Positions 37,293 to 46,290 of a stretch of DNA of 64,000 nucleotides are shown here, piece by piece. The notes beneath the pieces were generated by a model, which was not told the origin of the DNA, did no database searches, and was given only the letters and a program-made list of their open reading frames with translations. The position numbers and the translations under genes are program-made. This DNA comes from Planctomycetota bacterium (GTDB taxonomy: Bacteria; Planctomycetota; E44-bin39). Location: contig SOJX01000015.1 in NCBI GenBank assembly GCA_004376375.1, forward strand, positions 2,324 to 66,323, written 5' to 3'. Within the stretch, counting starts at the first letter, position 1. The number at the start of each line of letters is the position of its first letter.

Positions 37293-38138
37293 TTAAGAAT
37301 TATTAAGTTCCAATTTCACAGGTGTAGGCTCGGTTCCGGTGTTTTCATCAACATCCTTTTTTGTGCTTTTTCTTCGGCCGCGCCTTTTTTTCCTTCCCGC
37401 TTTCCCCTTTCGTTTGGCCTTGCCAACATTTTTTAAGGCTTTCTCTGCATTCTCACCCTCAACTATTTCTCTTTTCAAAACTTCCTGCTTTAGGACTTCC
37501 TTAATTTCTGAAATTTTTATTTTTATTCGCGGAGAGAGCTTCCGAACTTCGCGGCGGACAATATTCAAAATTGGATCGCTAATTAGTAAAGCCCCCAAGG
37601 TGAATTTATCCATTGCCTGGCGCTGCTCGTGATATTTTGAAAGAGTAGCTTTTTTCAGGCCATCACGAGTCAATGTATAAAGACGTTCGATATCGGATGA
37701 ATTTCGCTGGTTCAAGTCCAATATATCGAATTCGATAACAATTTCTTTATTTATGGGTTTTCCAAACGACAAACGGAATACTTTCCAGATTATCCCATTT
37801 GTTAAAATAACCCATTCTACTCCCTGATTTGCGCCATAATTTACTGCTTGCCGTATGTGCGACTCTTTAAGGTCGAGTCCGATAGCTTTTACTTCGATTA
37901 GAAATCTTAGCTTTCCATCAATTACAATCGCCAGATCAACGAATGTTCCCCGGATCGAATGTTCCGCCGTAATTTCGGAGTACTTGTCATAACCGAAAAG
38001 TTCTGCAAGCATATCAGTAATAATTCGTACCGTATCTGCTTCGTTAACATCCCTTGTCCGCGCTCCCTTGAGAATTATTTGAAAACTTTTCAATTTTATT
38101 GCTAAACGTTTGGATACCTTTTTTGGAATTCTCGCCAT
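37293..38138 (-). CDS. HsdR-N-terminal-like (PD-(D/E)xK fold) nuclease-domain protein with Lys/Arg-rich tail
   Basis: NEADTVRIITDMLAELFGYD..FVDLAIVIDGKLRFLIEVKAIG..VEWVILTNGIIWKVF resembles the type I restriction R-subunit N-terminal domain family. Confidence 0.65.
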   Translation of the reverse strand: MARIPKKVSKRLAIKLKSFQIILKGARTRDVNEADTVRIITDMLAELFGYDKYSEITAEHSIRGTFVDLAIVIDGKLRFLIEVKAIGLDLKESHIRQAVNYGANQGVEWVILTNGIIWKVFRLSFGKPINKEIVIEFDILDLNQRNSSDIERLYTLTRDGLKKATLSKYHEQRQAMDKFTLGALLISDPILNIVRREVRKLSPRIKIKISEIKEVLKQEVLKREIVEGENAEKALKNVGKAKRKGKAGRKKRRGRRKSTKKDVDENTGTEPTPVKLELNNS

Positions 38139-38284
38139 TGATTTTCTCCTTCAAGGTTGGCACATTAACAAGCAAATTCTATATTACGCTATTACTCTTT
38201 TCAAGATAAATACACCATGAATTGATGGGAAGGTTCCTAATATTAAATTGATTTTTGAGATTGCTTATTTTGTTCCGCCCTTAC

Positions 38285-38428
38285 GAATAAGTTGATAAGG
38301 TAACAAGGTAACAAGTTGATAAGGTAATAAGGGAACAAGGGAAGAAGGGATAAGAAGTACCGAGTACCGAGTACCGAGTACCGAATAAGGAAACAAGAAA
38401 ATAAGGGAATAAGGGAATAAGGCAATAA
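38285..38428. repeat. Long block of word arrays (GATAAGG/AACAAGG, GTACCGA x4, AATAAGG)
   Basis: Read directly. Followed by hairpins CCGCGCC-acaggat-GGCGCGG+CTAA (38436-38460) and GGCGAG-TAAA-CTCGTT+GGCTAA. Confidence 0.9.
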
Positions 38429-38541
38429 ACGAAGACCGCGCCACAGGATGGCGCGGCTAAATAAGAGACGCGGCGAGTAAACTCGTTGGCTAATTATCAT
38501 AATTCATACTTCATAATTTCTTATTCCCGTATCCCTTCTAT

Positions 38542-38862
38542 TTAGCCGGCGGCGGTTTTTTCGGCGAAGAGGATGAGGAGGCCGATTCGGAGCGCGATGA
38601 GGAGGACGATTACGAGGAATGCCTTTATCACCGAAAGGTCGTAGTAGTTGAAGAGTATTATTACCAGGACGAAGAGGCCGACCACGCTTCCGATGAGCGG
38701 CCAGAAGGCGGCCCCGAGGTGGACGAACGACCAGCCGATGGCTGCGAGCTTCTTGTTTTTCCTGTTGCCGCGGTCGATTACCCCGATTGAGAACCACAAC
38801 ATGGATGCGTTAAGCAGTATCGCAAGCGCGATCTGTATCAGGATGTGAACGGGTTTGGACAT
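38542..38862 (-). CDS. Small polytopic membrane protein, unknown function
   Basis: ATG 38862 after AGGAGA, giving MSKPVHILIQIALAILL. Three hydrophobic helices. The track's N-terminal extension is translated repeat DNA and is rejected. Confidence 0.5.
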   Translation of the reverse strand: MSKPVHILIQIALAILLNASMLWFSIGVIDRGNRKNKKLAAIGWSFVHLGAAFWPLIGSVVGLFVLVIILFNYYDLSVIKAFLVIVLLIALRIGLLILFAEKTAAG

Positions 38863-38931
38863 GGTTTGTTTTTTCTCCTGCAATGGCAATATAGTATGAG
38901 CAAATCTTATATGCAAGGTAAAATAATAGTG

Positions 38932-39064
38932 CCAAGTACCGGGTAAGGGATAAGGTAATAAGGGAACAAGGGAACAAGGGATAAGGGGTAAGGGATAAGG
39001 GAGAAGAAGTCCCGAGTCCCGGGCCATTTCAATTTACGATTTTCGATTGTCGATTTTCGAATAT
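38932..39064. repeat. Word arrays (GGGTAAGG/GGAACAAGG, then ATTTTCGATT units)
   Basis: Read directly. Confidence 0.85.
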
Positions 39065-39085
39065 TGCCGCGAGCGGCGGGGATTA

Positions 39086-39475
39086 TTATGACAATAACCA
39101 GAAGATGTATGCAGCCATGGGGAAGAAAAGTAGACTTAATACCTTTCCGTATTTTATTTTCTGAATAAAAAAGCCTGCAGCCGCGGTCAGTGGCATTACA
39201 CCGAAAGCGATTACTTTCGCCAACATCACCAGAATCTGCCCCAAAATTTCTCTTCCAAAAGGTTTGTGTTCCGTTGTCATAATAATCATAATCAATATTA
39301 CCAGCATGGATAAATAAAGATATGTATGTATTACGGATTCTTTCGTATAAAGCTCTTTTTCCCTTTCGGTTTTTTCGGAGCGGAGCAGAACAAAGGTCGT
39401 CCGGCCGGCATGGAGGAGCCATAAGGTAAGATAGATCAGGATAGGAGAGGTTGGTATTATAAATCTTATAATCAT
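39086..39475 (-). CDS. Polytopic membrane protein, unknown function (AT-rich)
   Basis: 129-aa ORF with about 4 hydrophobic helices. No motif recognised. Confidence 0.5.
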   Translation of the reverse strand: MIIRFIIPTSPILIYLTLWLLHAGRTTFVLLRSEKTEREKELYTKESVIHTYLYLSMLVILIMIIMTTEHKPFGREILGQILVMLAKVIAFGVMPLTAAAGFFIQKIKYGKVLSLLFFPMAAYIFWLLS

Positions 39476-39591
39476 TTATGTCTTATAATATAAATCAAGT
39501 GGGATTGTCACGCAATGGATTTTCCGCAGGGCTGTGGGTAAGAAATTATGAATTCAGAATTATGAATGAATCCTGGATTCCGGCCTGCCGG

Positions 39592-39716
39592 AAGAAGGGG
39601 TAAGGTAATAAGGGAAGAAGGGAAGAAGGGATAAGAAGTACCAAGAACCAAGTACCAAGTACCAAGAACCAAGTACCGAGTATCAAGTACCGAGTACCGG
39701 GTACCGGGTACCGGGC
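39592..39716. repeat. Word arrays (AAGGGAAG; AGTACCAAG/AGTACCGAG/GGTACCG)
   Basis: Read directly. Explains spurious ORF 39508-39759. Confidence 0.9.
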
Positions 39717-39867
39717 AGGCGCGGGGGTCCGCCCCTACATCCCGCATTCCAGAAGTCAAAGTTATTACATAAAATTGGAACCAATTCGCATCAGGCCGGG
39801 TATAATACAGAACAGGGTAAGATAATTACGGGATAGTGGATATACGGGCATCGAACTGGAGGGAATT

Positions 39868-40554
39868 ATGCCGGTTACTACGTTACGAAAAACTTTCCTG
39901 ATTATTACAGGTGTATGCCTGTTTGGTTTTCTTTCATCAGGCGGCTGTAAAAAAGAAGAAAAAGTCTATGTTCCCGTTTCAATCCAAGGTGGCTCAGCCT
40001 CGACACAGCCGGGCCGGGCATCCAATCCGTTGCCACCAAATTTGTCGCCTGACGTCCCGCTTACAATCCTGCTGGACTGGTCCGATACCGCAAATACGGA
40101 TAGATACGGGGTGCTTTTAACGACTGTTGACGGACCCCCGATTACCGCAGACGGTATGACGGACTCACAATGGCTGGCGACCGGGCTTTCCGGGAACGTC
40201 ACATACTACTGGCAGGTCTTCTCGGGTAATTCTGAAGGATCCAAGGCAGGCCCGGTATGGAGTTTCTTTACAAATCCAAACATGCCGGACCAGGTAGGCT
40301 TCGGCCTTCCCTGTGACGGAACCGAGAATATACCGGTTACCGTCCTGCTTGACTGGAATGCTGCAAACAAGGCAAGCAAATACAATCTGTATTTCGGCTC
40401 TGAACCAAATCCACCGCTGGTAGCTATTGACCTTACTGTTACGCAATGGCAGGCCACCAGTCTTGCCAACCTGACTGCTTATTACTGGCGCGTTGATTCT
40501 GTGAACAGTTACGGTGTAATCAAAGGCCCAGCCTGGAGATTTACTACTGAGTGA
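39868..40554 (+). CDS. Lipoprotein with two Fn3-like modules
   Basis: GGAGG RBS. Lipobox-like LSSGGC. Two copies of ..P.P....V.....L.W......Y.....YYW.V.S.N..G...GP.W.F.T. Confidence 0.7.
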   Translation: MPVTTLRKTFLIITGVCLFGFLSSGGCKKEEKVYVPVSIQGGSASTQPGRASNPLPPNLSPDVPLTILLDWSDTANTDRYGVLLTTVDGPPITADGMTDSQWLATGLSGNVTYYWQVFSGNSEGSKAGPVWSFFTNPNMPDQVGFGLPCDGTENIPVTVLLDWNAANKASKYNLYFGSEPNPPLVAIDLTVTQWQATSLANLTAYYWRVDSVNSYGVIKGPAWRFTTE

Positions 40555-40677
40555 CGAGTAACGAGTGACGAGTAACGAGTAACGAGTAACGAGTACCGAG
40601 TAACGAGTAACGAGTAACGAGTAACGAGTATCGAGTATCGAGTACCGAGTAACGAGTAACGAGAAACGAGAAACGAG
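40551..40677. repeat. Heptamer array (GAGTAAC/GAGTGAC/GAGTACC), about 18 units, starting on the TGA stop
   Basis: Read directly. Explains spurious ORF 40509-40721. Confidence 0.95.
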
Positions 40678-40685
40678 TTAAATAG

Positions 40686-40710
40686 AACCGCCGGCCTGGG
40701 GCCGGCGGTT
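40686..40710. terminator. 11-bp hairpin AACCGCCGGCC-tgg-GGCCGGCGGTT between convergent genes
   Basis: Read directly. Only weak T-runs on either side. Confidence 0.5.
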
Positions 40711-40742
40711 TCATCCTTCATCCTTCAGACTTCATCCTTTCT

Positions 40743-43091
40743 TTAGTTCGTTACCGTCAGCAGTATCGGGTCTGCGCGGCCGGGGCCGACCTCGGGAGCA
40801 TAGTATTCATATGCCTTCGAAACGGGGGTCTGGACCTTCAGCGGGCAGGTCGGCGTGAGCATGTAATTTATCTCGAACGAATCGCTTGCATCGAGCACAT
40901 TGCGGTAAATGTTCAGCTGCTGGCCGGCGATTTCGTAGCGGTCGATAACTCCCTGGTATCTTGCGAGTTCCAGCTCGTCGGCCGAGAGCGCGAAGCCGGG
41001 CGGGATGCCGATCTCGGCGACGACCGTGTTGGCGCCGCGGCCATTGGTGCGGGTGTTTGCGATATTCACCGTGACCGCAACGGTTTCGTCCATGGTAAGG
41101 CTTACTTTCGAGTAGTCGAGCGCGATAGTGATGTCGCCCGGCGGCGGGGGCGTGCGCCCCCTGTAATAACGCCATACTATCTGCGCCATCGGGTTCCCGG
41201 TTCCGGCGAACTGGACGGTCACGTTGTTTGCGCCGACCTGCAGGTAATCGCGGCACGAGACGAACCTGACCACGTCGGCGTCGGCGGGCGTTATCGTTAC
41301 GGCCGGGAGGGTCGTGGCGTTCGCGGTTATCGTGACGGTGCCATCGGCGTTGTCGGAGCCCGCGCTTCCCTGGGCCATGATGAGCGTGCGCAGGGCGTAG
41401 ACGGTTGACTGCGTGGTCATCCAGTTGCCGAGGGCGTCCTTGTGCGCGATAAGGTAGTTGATCGCGCCCTGCACGAGGTCGCCGTGGACGCCCGCGCGCA
41501 TCATCGTCGTCGCGATGCGGCCGGTGAGCTCGAAATTCAGCGACGCGCCGTACGAGTACATGACGCCGTAAGTACCCGAGGCCGCCTGCCAGTAGTTCTC
41601 GTCGCCGCTGGTCTGAACGGCTGCGGCGAGATCGTTGAGGAGCGAGATCCCGTCGGCGTCGTTCTTGTTTATAAGGATAAGCGCTTCGGCGCAGAGCGCT
41701 TTATCGTACAGGCTCAAGGCGGAAGCCAGATTATTCTTGATGTACTGCCGGGCCAGGTCGAGCTTGGGCCCGGTGTAGCCCGAATATGCAATCGCGCCCG
41801 CGATGTAAGCGGTCGAATACAGGTCGTTCGAATAGCTCGGGAGGTAGTTCGTACGGTCCGCGGACCAGGAGCCGTCATAGTCCTGACTCGAGAAGAGGAA
41901 ATTCTGCATGCGCGGTATAAGCGTCTCATCCACGTATGCGACGCGCGCCATGTCGGTGAAAAGGGTGAGACCGAACGTCGTGAGGTTCTTGTTGGCCGGC
42001 GCGCTCCCGTACCACGAAAAGCCGCCGCTCTTCGTGACTTCGTAAGCCATAAGCATCTGGTAGCCGATACTTATCTTGTGGGTGGCAAGCTGCTTGAACT
42101 GAGGGGTGACCGCCCCGGTCACCGTGAGGTAGTCCAGCGCCATCACGTTGGGGTACGTGATGCTGGACACCTGCTCGAATCACCCGTGCGGGCAGCCGAG
42201 GAGGCTTTCGATCCCCTCGACCACCTGGGTCACGTAGCCGCTGTACAGCTTGACGTAACAGTCGTCGGCGCCTACGATGTGGTCGACCGGAATCGTCCAG
42301 TCCGCCGCGACCTCGGGATTCATGCTGCCGCTTGCCGAGCCGGCGACCGGCTCGCCGTCGGGCAGGACGCGGATGGTGCGGCTTATCGCGTCGTTCATCG
42401 TCTGCCCGTAGGCGTAGACGGTGAATGCCTGCGTGCCGACGTCCTCGGCGCGGATGGGGAAGTACACGGCCCTGACTTCGTTGGGCGTGAGGTCGAGCGT
42501 CTGGGTGAGGCCGCCCAGCGGCGTGAACCATGCGGAGTTCGAAAGTACGACCTGGACCTGCTGGGCCGTCGGCAGGTAGTTGTAAATCACGCAGGGGACG
42601 TGCATCTCGTCGTTCTGCGTGAGCTGGATGGGCAGGTTGATGTCGACGAAGAATTCCTGGAAACAGCGGACCGCGTCGGTGACCGAGCCGAGCCTGCCGT
42701 CGAGCGCGCTGGCCATCGCGGTCAGGCGCCAGTCCGTGATGGAGTCGGCCATGTCGAGCGAGATGGAGGCGTGCCCGCCGGCGTCGGTTATTAGCGACGG
42801 TTCGTTAAAAAGCGTCTCGGGAAACCATGTTCTCACGCGGACGTTGGGGTCGGGGGATCCTGAGCCCGTATCTCCGCCGCCGGTGCCCGTTCCGGTGCCG
42901 GTGCCGGTGCCGGCGGCGGTCATGGTCGCGCCGCCGGTTCCGCCGCCGCCCATGTTCGTGCCCCCGCCCCCGCCCCCGGCAGGAGAATACAGCACAGATC
43001 TTTTGGAATCGCCTCCGCAGCCGTCGGCGCTCCAGAAAATCAGGGCCAGCAACACTCCCAGTAAAAGCGCCCTTGTAGAAGAAGAATGCAT
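40743..43091 (-). CDS. Alpha-2-macroglobulin-like C-terminal half (A2M domain + thioester domain + C-terminal domain) with one in-frame TGA at the thioester Cys position
   Basis: Track ORFs 42180-43091 and 40743-42170 share a frame and are separated only by TGA 42180-42182. VRVRTWFPETLFNEP opens the A2M domain. ..LLGCPHG[TGA]FEQVSSITYPNVMALDYL.. is the thioester segment. Own AAGGAG RBS and signal peptide MHSSSTRALLLGVLLALIFWSADGC. Confidence 0.7.
42132..42168 (-). promoter_or_regulatory. SECIS-like hairpin starting 11 nt downstream of the in-frame UGA
   Basis: Minus strand: GUCCAG-CAUCACGU / loop ACCCCA / ACGUGAUG-(GCG bulge)-CUGGAC. That is 14 bp in total, with the loop starting 25 nt after the UGA. 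Confidence 0.5.
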
Positions 43092-43166
43092 GGTTTTATC
43101 TCCTTTAGAGCTATCAGCAATCAGCTGTCAGCTATCAGCAATTATCTGACCGAATCCCGAAAACGC

Positions 43167-43182
43167 GGCGAGCAAGCTCGCC
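43167..43182 (-). terminator. TTAGCGG-anchored hairpin (GGCGAG-CTTG-CTCGCC on the minus strand) followed by GCGTTTTC
   Basis: Lies between the two A2M halves, downstream of the N-half. Confidence 0.5.
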
Positions 43183-43196
43183 CGCTAAACAAAGAC

Positions 43197-43300
43197 TCTT
43201 AACTTCAAAACTTTTTAACTTCAAAACTTCTTAACTTCAAAACTTCTTAACTTCAAAACTTCTTAACTTCAGCACTTCTTAACTTCAGCACTTCAGCACT
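43197..43300. repeat. Word array (minus strand GTGCTGAAG / GTTAAGAAGTTTTGAA units) beginning at the stop of gene 43300-45939
   Basis: Read directly. Same words occur after genes ending at 58624 and 61163. Confidence 0.9.
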
Positions 43301-45939
43301 TATTTTGTTATCACGATATCGTCGTCGGTGTCGAATTTTTCATCCGGTCCGCCGGACTTGAAGCTCAGGGTGCCGGAGCCGTCGGCGGTTATGATGTAGC
43401 ATTTCCCCCATGGGTCGATCGCCAATGCCGGGTCCCAGCCGTACCAGGAGAAGGCGGTGTATCCGACTTCGGGCCATGTGTTGAGGCCGCGCATCACCAA
43501 CTGGTCTATCAGGTCTTCGACTTCGGCCCGGACTATATCGGTCATTACCACGGCAACGGAATCACCAAGCGACGTGGATATTGTATCGGTGCTTCCGACA
43601 ATCGAGAAGTAGAGGCGGGCGGCGTTCTGCGTTGCCGCGTCGGGGTCGACCTTGACGAACTCGTCGTACGAGTACCCGATGGCCGGCAGCGTTATTCCCC
43701 GCTCCCAGTCGAAATTGAAGTATTCCTCGGCCGCGCCTGCCTGGAAGTCGCTCACGTGGTATACCGCCTCGTCGACGATCGTGACGCCGAGCGCGGCCTG
43801 CACGGGCGCGCCGCCGCGGTCGGACACGTCGAGCGCGATCTGGGCGTGCTCGCCCGGTACGTACTCGGACTTGTCGGGCGTTACGCTTATGACGAGGTCG
43901 TCGGCTCCCGCGATGAAGACCTGGCGGGAATCGGTGACGAGCATGCCGTCGGGCGCGATGAAGTTTCCCACGATGTAGCAGTCGCCCGCGTGCTCCTGTG
44001 TGAGCGTGAAGTCGACGACGCCTGTCAGGGCGAGGTCGACCGTTTTCTCGGCCAGCACGCGCGAGCGGGAGCAGAGCTCGACCTTCACCGACGCCGCGGC
44101 GTCGGATGCGATGACGTCGGCCTGCAGCGTTTCACCGACCTTGTAAAGCGCGGCGTTCGGGCGGACAAAGAGGAAGTTGCTGCTGCCCGCGGTCCCGGTC
44201 GTAAACTGGTCGGAAACGAAACCGCCACCGGGGAGCGCGGCGTTCACGGTCAGCTCCAGCACGAGGCCCGAACCGAGGGCCGTGCAGTCGGCGACCTCGG
44301 GATGGATGGTTATTTCCGCGAAGCCGGCCGCGTCGGTCTGCCCCATGCCGAGGCTGTTGCTTCCGGCGAGGGCTTCGATTACCGCGTTTTCTATCGGCCT
44401 GCCCGCCGGATCGGCCACCGCGACGTAAAGCAGGTTGTCGGCGCCCAGCCGGGCGCGGCCTCCTTCGGGCGCGGCGAGGATTATCGCTTCTCCCCCCGCG
44501 ACGGGGATGATGAACTCTTTTTCGATAACCTGGTCGGCCGTGTCCGTCGCGATGACGGCGACTGAAATACAGGCCTCGCCGTTTGCGAGCTGCACGGGGT
44601 CGAAGGAGTTCGGGACCTGGAAGTTGAACGCGTATACGCCGCTCGGGTTCGTGGTCCCCAGGAAATTGGCAAAGGTCTGGGCGTCGTCGCCGGAGCCGGT
44701 CCTGACGTTGATGTCAAGAGTACCGCCGTCGATATCCTTGCCGAAAAAGTACTGGAGGTGGACGGAGGCGGTCGCGGTTTCGCCGGGGATATAGTAATCC
44801 CGGTCCGACGTGAAATTTACCTTGAATTTCGGGAGGACGTAGAAGGCGACCAGAACGGATTTCTCGATAATCGTTCCGCCCACGTTGGCGGAGAGCTTGA
44901 AATTACCGGAACAGAGCTCGGGCGCAAGCACGAACGAGGCGTTTGCGATGCCGTAGGAGTTCGTGGCGGCGATTTCCTTGAAGACCTTGTTGTCCTTCGC
45001 GTCGTAGATTTCGAGGGTCGTCTCTTCGTCCGCGACGGGCACGCAGCCCGGCTCGGTCAGGGCGAGCGCGCGCAGGTGGATGGTCTGCCCCGGCTGGTAT
45101 TGCGGCTTGTCGGTCGTAAGAAGCACTTTCGTGCCGCCGCCGGCCGTGATTTCCCGTTCAATAGTTTCATTGACACCGCCGCCGGAGAGCGTGCACCTGC
45201 ATGTCATCGTATCGGGCGCGTCGGACGGAATATCCATCGTACCGATGAAGCGGCCGAAAGAGTCCGTGCTGCCGTCGGCGGACGCGACGGTGGAGCCGTC
45301 GGCGATGAGTCTTATCGTGACGGCCGCGGCTTCGAGCGGTGCGCATGATTCCGGGTCGACGGCCAGTACCCTGTACGTGGCGGCGCTTCCGCGGAACACG
45401 GTTTTCGGTCCGAGGAGCCGGACGTAATCGAGGTTGTCGCCCGAGATAAGGGCTTTCTGCCCTTTCATCACGTGTGTGCCGATCTGAATCCGCCAGTAAA
45501 TAAAATGTCCGGCTTTTTTGGCGGTTGACGCGTCCGCCACCAGCGTGAGAATATTAACGACGGCGTAGGTCTCGCCGGGCTGGAGGTTGACGTTTATAAC
45601 GCCTGCGCCGGCCGGGTATTTGGTTTCCGCGTCCCTGACCTCGGCGTACAGGCTTGCGAGCTTGCTTTTGCCGTCGTTGTTGGTGACCGGAATGCCGACG
45701 CTGACGCAGGCCGTGCTGAACGAGATATCCATGCCGGCTTCGTCCACGACGACGTTCTCCGCCGCCTCGGTCGCCTTGTCGGCCGTGTTATTGGGGTATT
45801 GTATGGTCCATGACCATGAGGGACCCGGGATGGTGATTACGACGGGGTTTCGCGTGTCATCGCCGCAGCCGCGGCCGCCGAGAATTAACAGGGATGTGAC
45901 TGCAAACCCGAGGATCAGGAAAAGTGCAGAACGGCTCAT
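43300..45939 (-). CDS. Alpha-2-macroglobulin-like N-terminal half (MG domains) with pseudopilin-like C-terminal tail
   Basis: Signal peptide MSRSALFLILGFAVTSLLILGGRGC. MG-domain hallmarks TDKPQYQPGQTIHLRALAL, VLPKFKVNF, VTPDKSEYVPGEHAQIALDV. Tail DPWGKCYIITADGSGTLSFKSGGPDEKFDTDDDIVI resembles the GspG C-terminus. Confidence 0.85.
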   Translation of the reverse strand: MSRSALFLILGFAVTSLLILGGRGCGDDTRNPVVITIPGPSWSWTIQYPNNTADKATEAAENVVVDEAGMDISFSTACVSVGIPVTNNDGKSKLASLYAEVRDAETKYPAGAGVINVNLQPGETYAVVNILTLVADASTAKKAGHFIYWRIQIGTHVMKGQKALISGDNLDYVRLLGPKTVFRGSAATYRVLAVDPESCAPLEAAAVTIRLIADGSTVASADGSTDSFGRFIGTMDIPSDAPDTMTCRCTLSGGGVNETIEREITAGGGTKVLLTTDKPQYQPGQTIHLRALALTEPGCVPVADEETTLEIYDAKDNKVFKEIAATNSYGIANASFVLAPELCSGNFKLSANVGGTIIEKSVLVAFYVLPKFKVNFTSDRDYYIPGETATASVHLQYFFGKDIDGGTLDINVRTGSGDDAQTFANFLGTTNPSGVYAFNFQVPNSFDPVQLANGEACISVAVIATDTADQVIEKEFIIPVAGGEAIILAAPEGGRARLGADNLLYVAVADPAGRPIENAVIEALAGSNSLGMGQTDAAGFAEITIHPEVADCTALGSGLVLELTVNAALPGGGFVSDQFTTGTAGSSNFLFVRPNAALYKVGETLQADVIASDAAASVKVELCSRSRVLAEKTVDLALTGVVDFTLTQEHAGDCYIVGNFIAPDGMLVTDSRQVFIAGADDLVISVTPDKSEYVPGEHAQIALDVSDRGGAPVQAALGVTIVDEAVYHVSDFQAGAAEEYFNFDWERGITLPAIGYSYDEFVKVDPDAATQNAARLYFSIVGSTDTISTSLGDSVAVVMTDIVRAEVEDLIDQLVMRGLNTWPEVGYTAFSWYGWDPALAIDPWGKCYIITADGSGTLSFKSGGPDEKFDTDDDIVITK

Positions 45940-46006
45940 GGGATTTATTCCTTATCAAGGAAAACGGGTGTCCGTAGAAACTTTCAAATGGATTATCTAA
46001 ATATCT

Positions 46007-46034
46007 ATTATATAAAAAACGGAATAAGTTTCAA
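46007..46034 (-). promoter_or_regulatory. Sigma70-like promoter: TTGAAA, 16 nt, TATAAT (minus strand)
   Basis: Forward-strand TTTCAA at 46029-46034 and ATTATA at 46007-46012. About 65 nt upstream of the A2M N-half start. Confidence 0.45.
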
Positions 46035-46197
46035 GTTTCTTTTATTATCGGTCGTTGTCCGGCGCAACCGCGTCCTTATCTGTATGAAAACTTACGAGTT
46101 ATATCTATGCATCCAATTGTAAAAGTTGCGTCACACATGTGGGGAAGGTAATAAGGTAACAAGGGAATAAGGGAATAAGGAAACAAGGAAATAATAA

Positions 46198-46290
46198 TTA
46201 GCCGGCGAGTTTACTCGCCGCGTCTTCGTTTAGCCGGCGAGCTTGCTCGCCGCGTTTTCCCGGCAAAACCCGCGCCGCTGGGCGGCGCGG
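46198..46290. repeat. Three consecutive GC hairpins, two of them TTAGCCGGCGAG-type
   Basis: GGCGAG-TTTA-CTCGCC at 46204-46219. GGCGAG-CTTG-CTCGCC at 46235-46250. CCGCGCCGC-tgg-GCGGCGCGG at 46270-46290. Confidence 0.85.

Noticed and set aside
38243-39759. Possible CRISPR array, because of dense short repeats.
   Set aside because: The units are 6-8 nt degenerate tandem words with no unique spacers. There is no constant 25-40-nt repeat and no cas genes. ORFs 38243-38500, 38504-38797, 38907-39422 and 39508-39759 are translated repeat DNA.
42180-42182. Genome-wide reassignment of UGA (code 4 or 25) as the explanation for the in-frame TGA.
   Set aside because: Many well-supported genes in the window end at TGA with sensible C-termini, including coupled ATGA overlaps at 2614-2617 and 26359-26362. 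UGA is therefore normally a stop here.
43092-43299. Independent promoter for the A2M C-half.
   Set aside because: Only weak -35/-10 candidates occur inside the CTGATAGCTGACAG words. I cannot support a call, so read-through versus separate transcription stays open.
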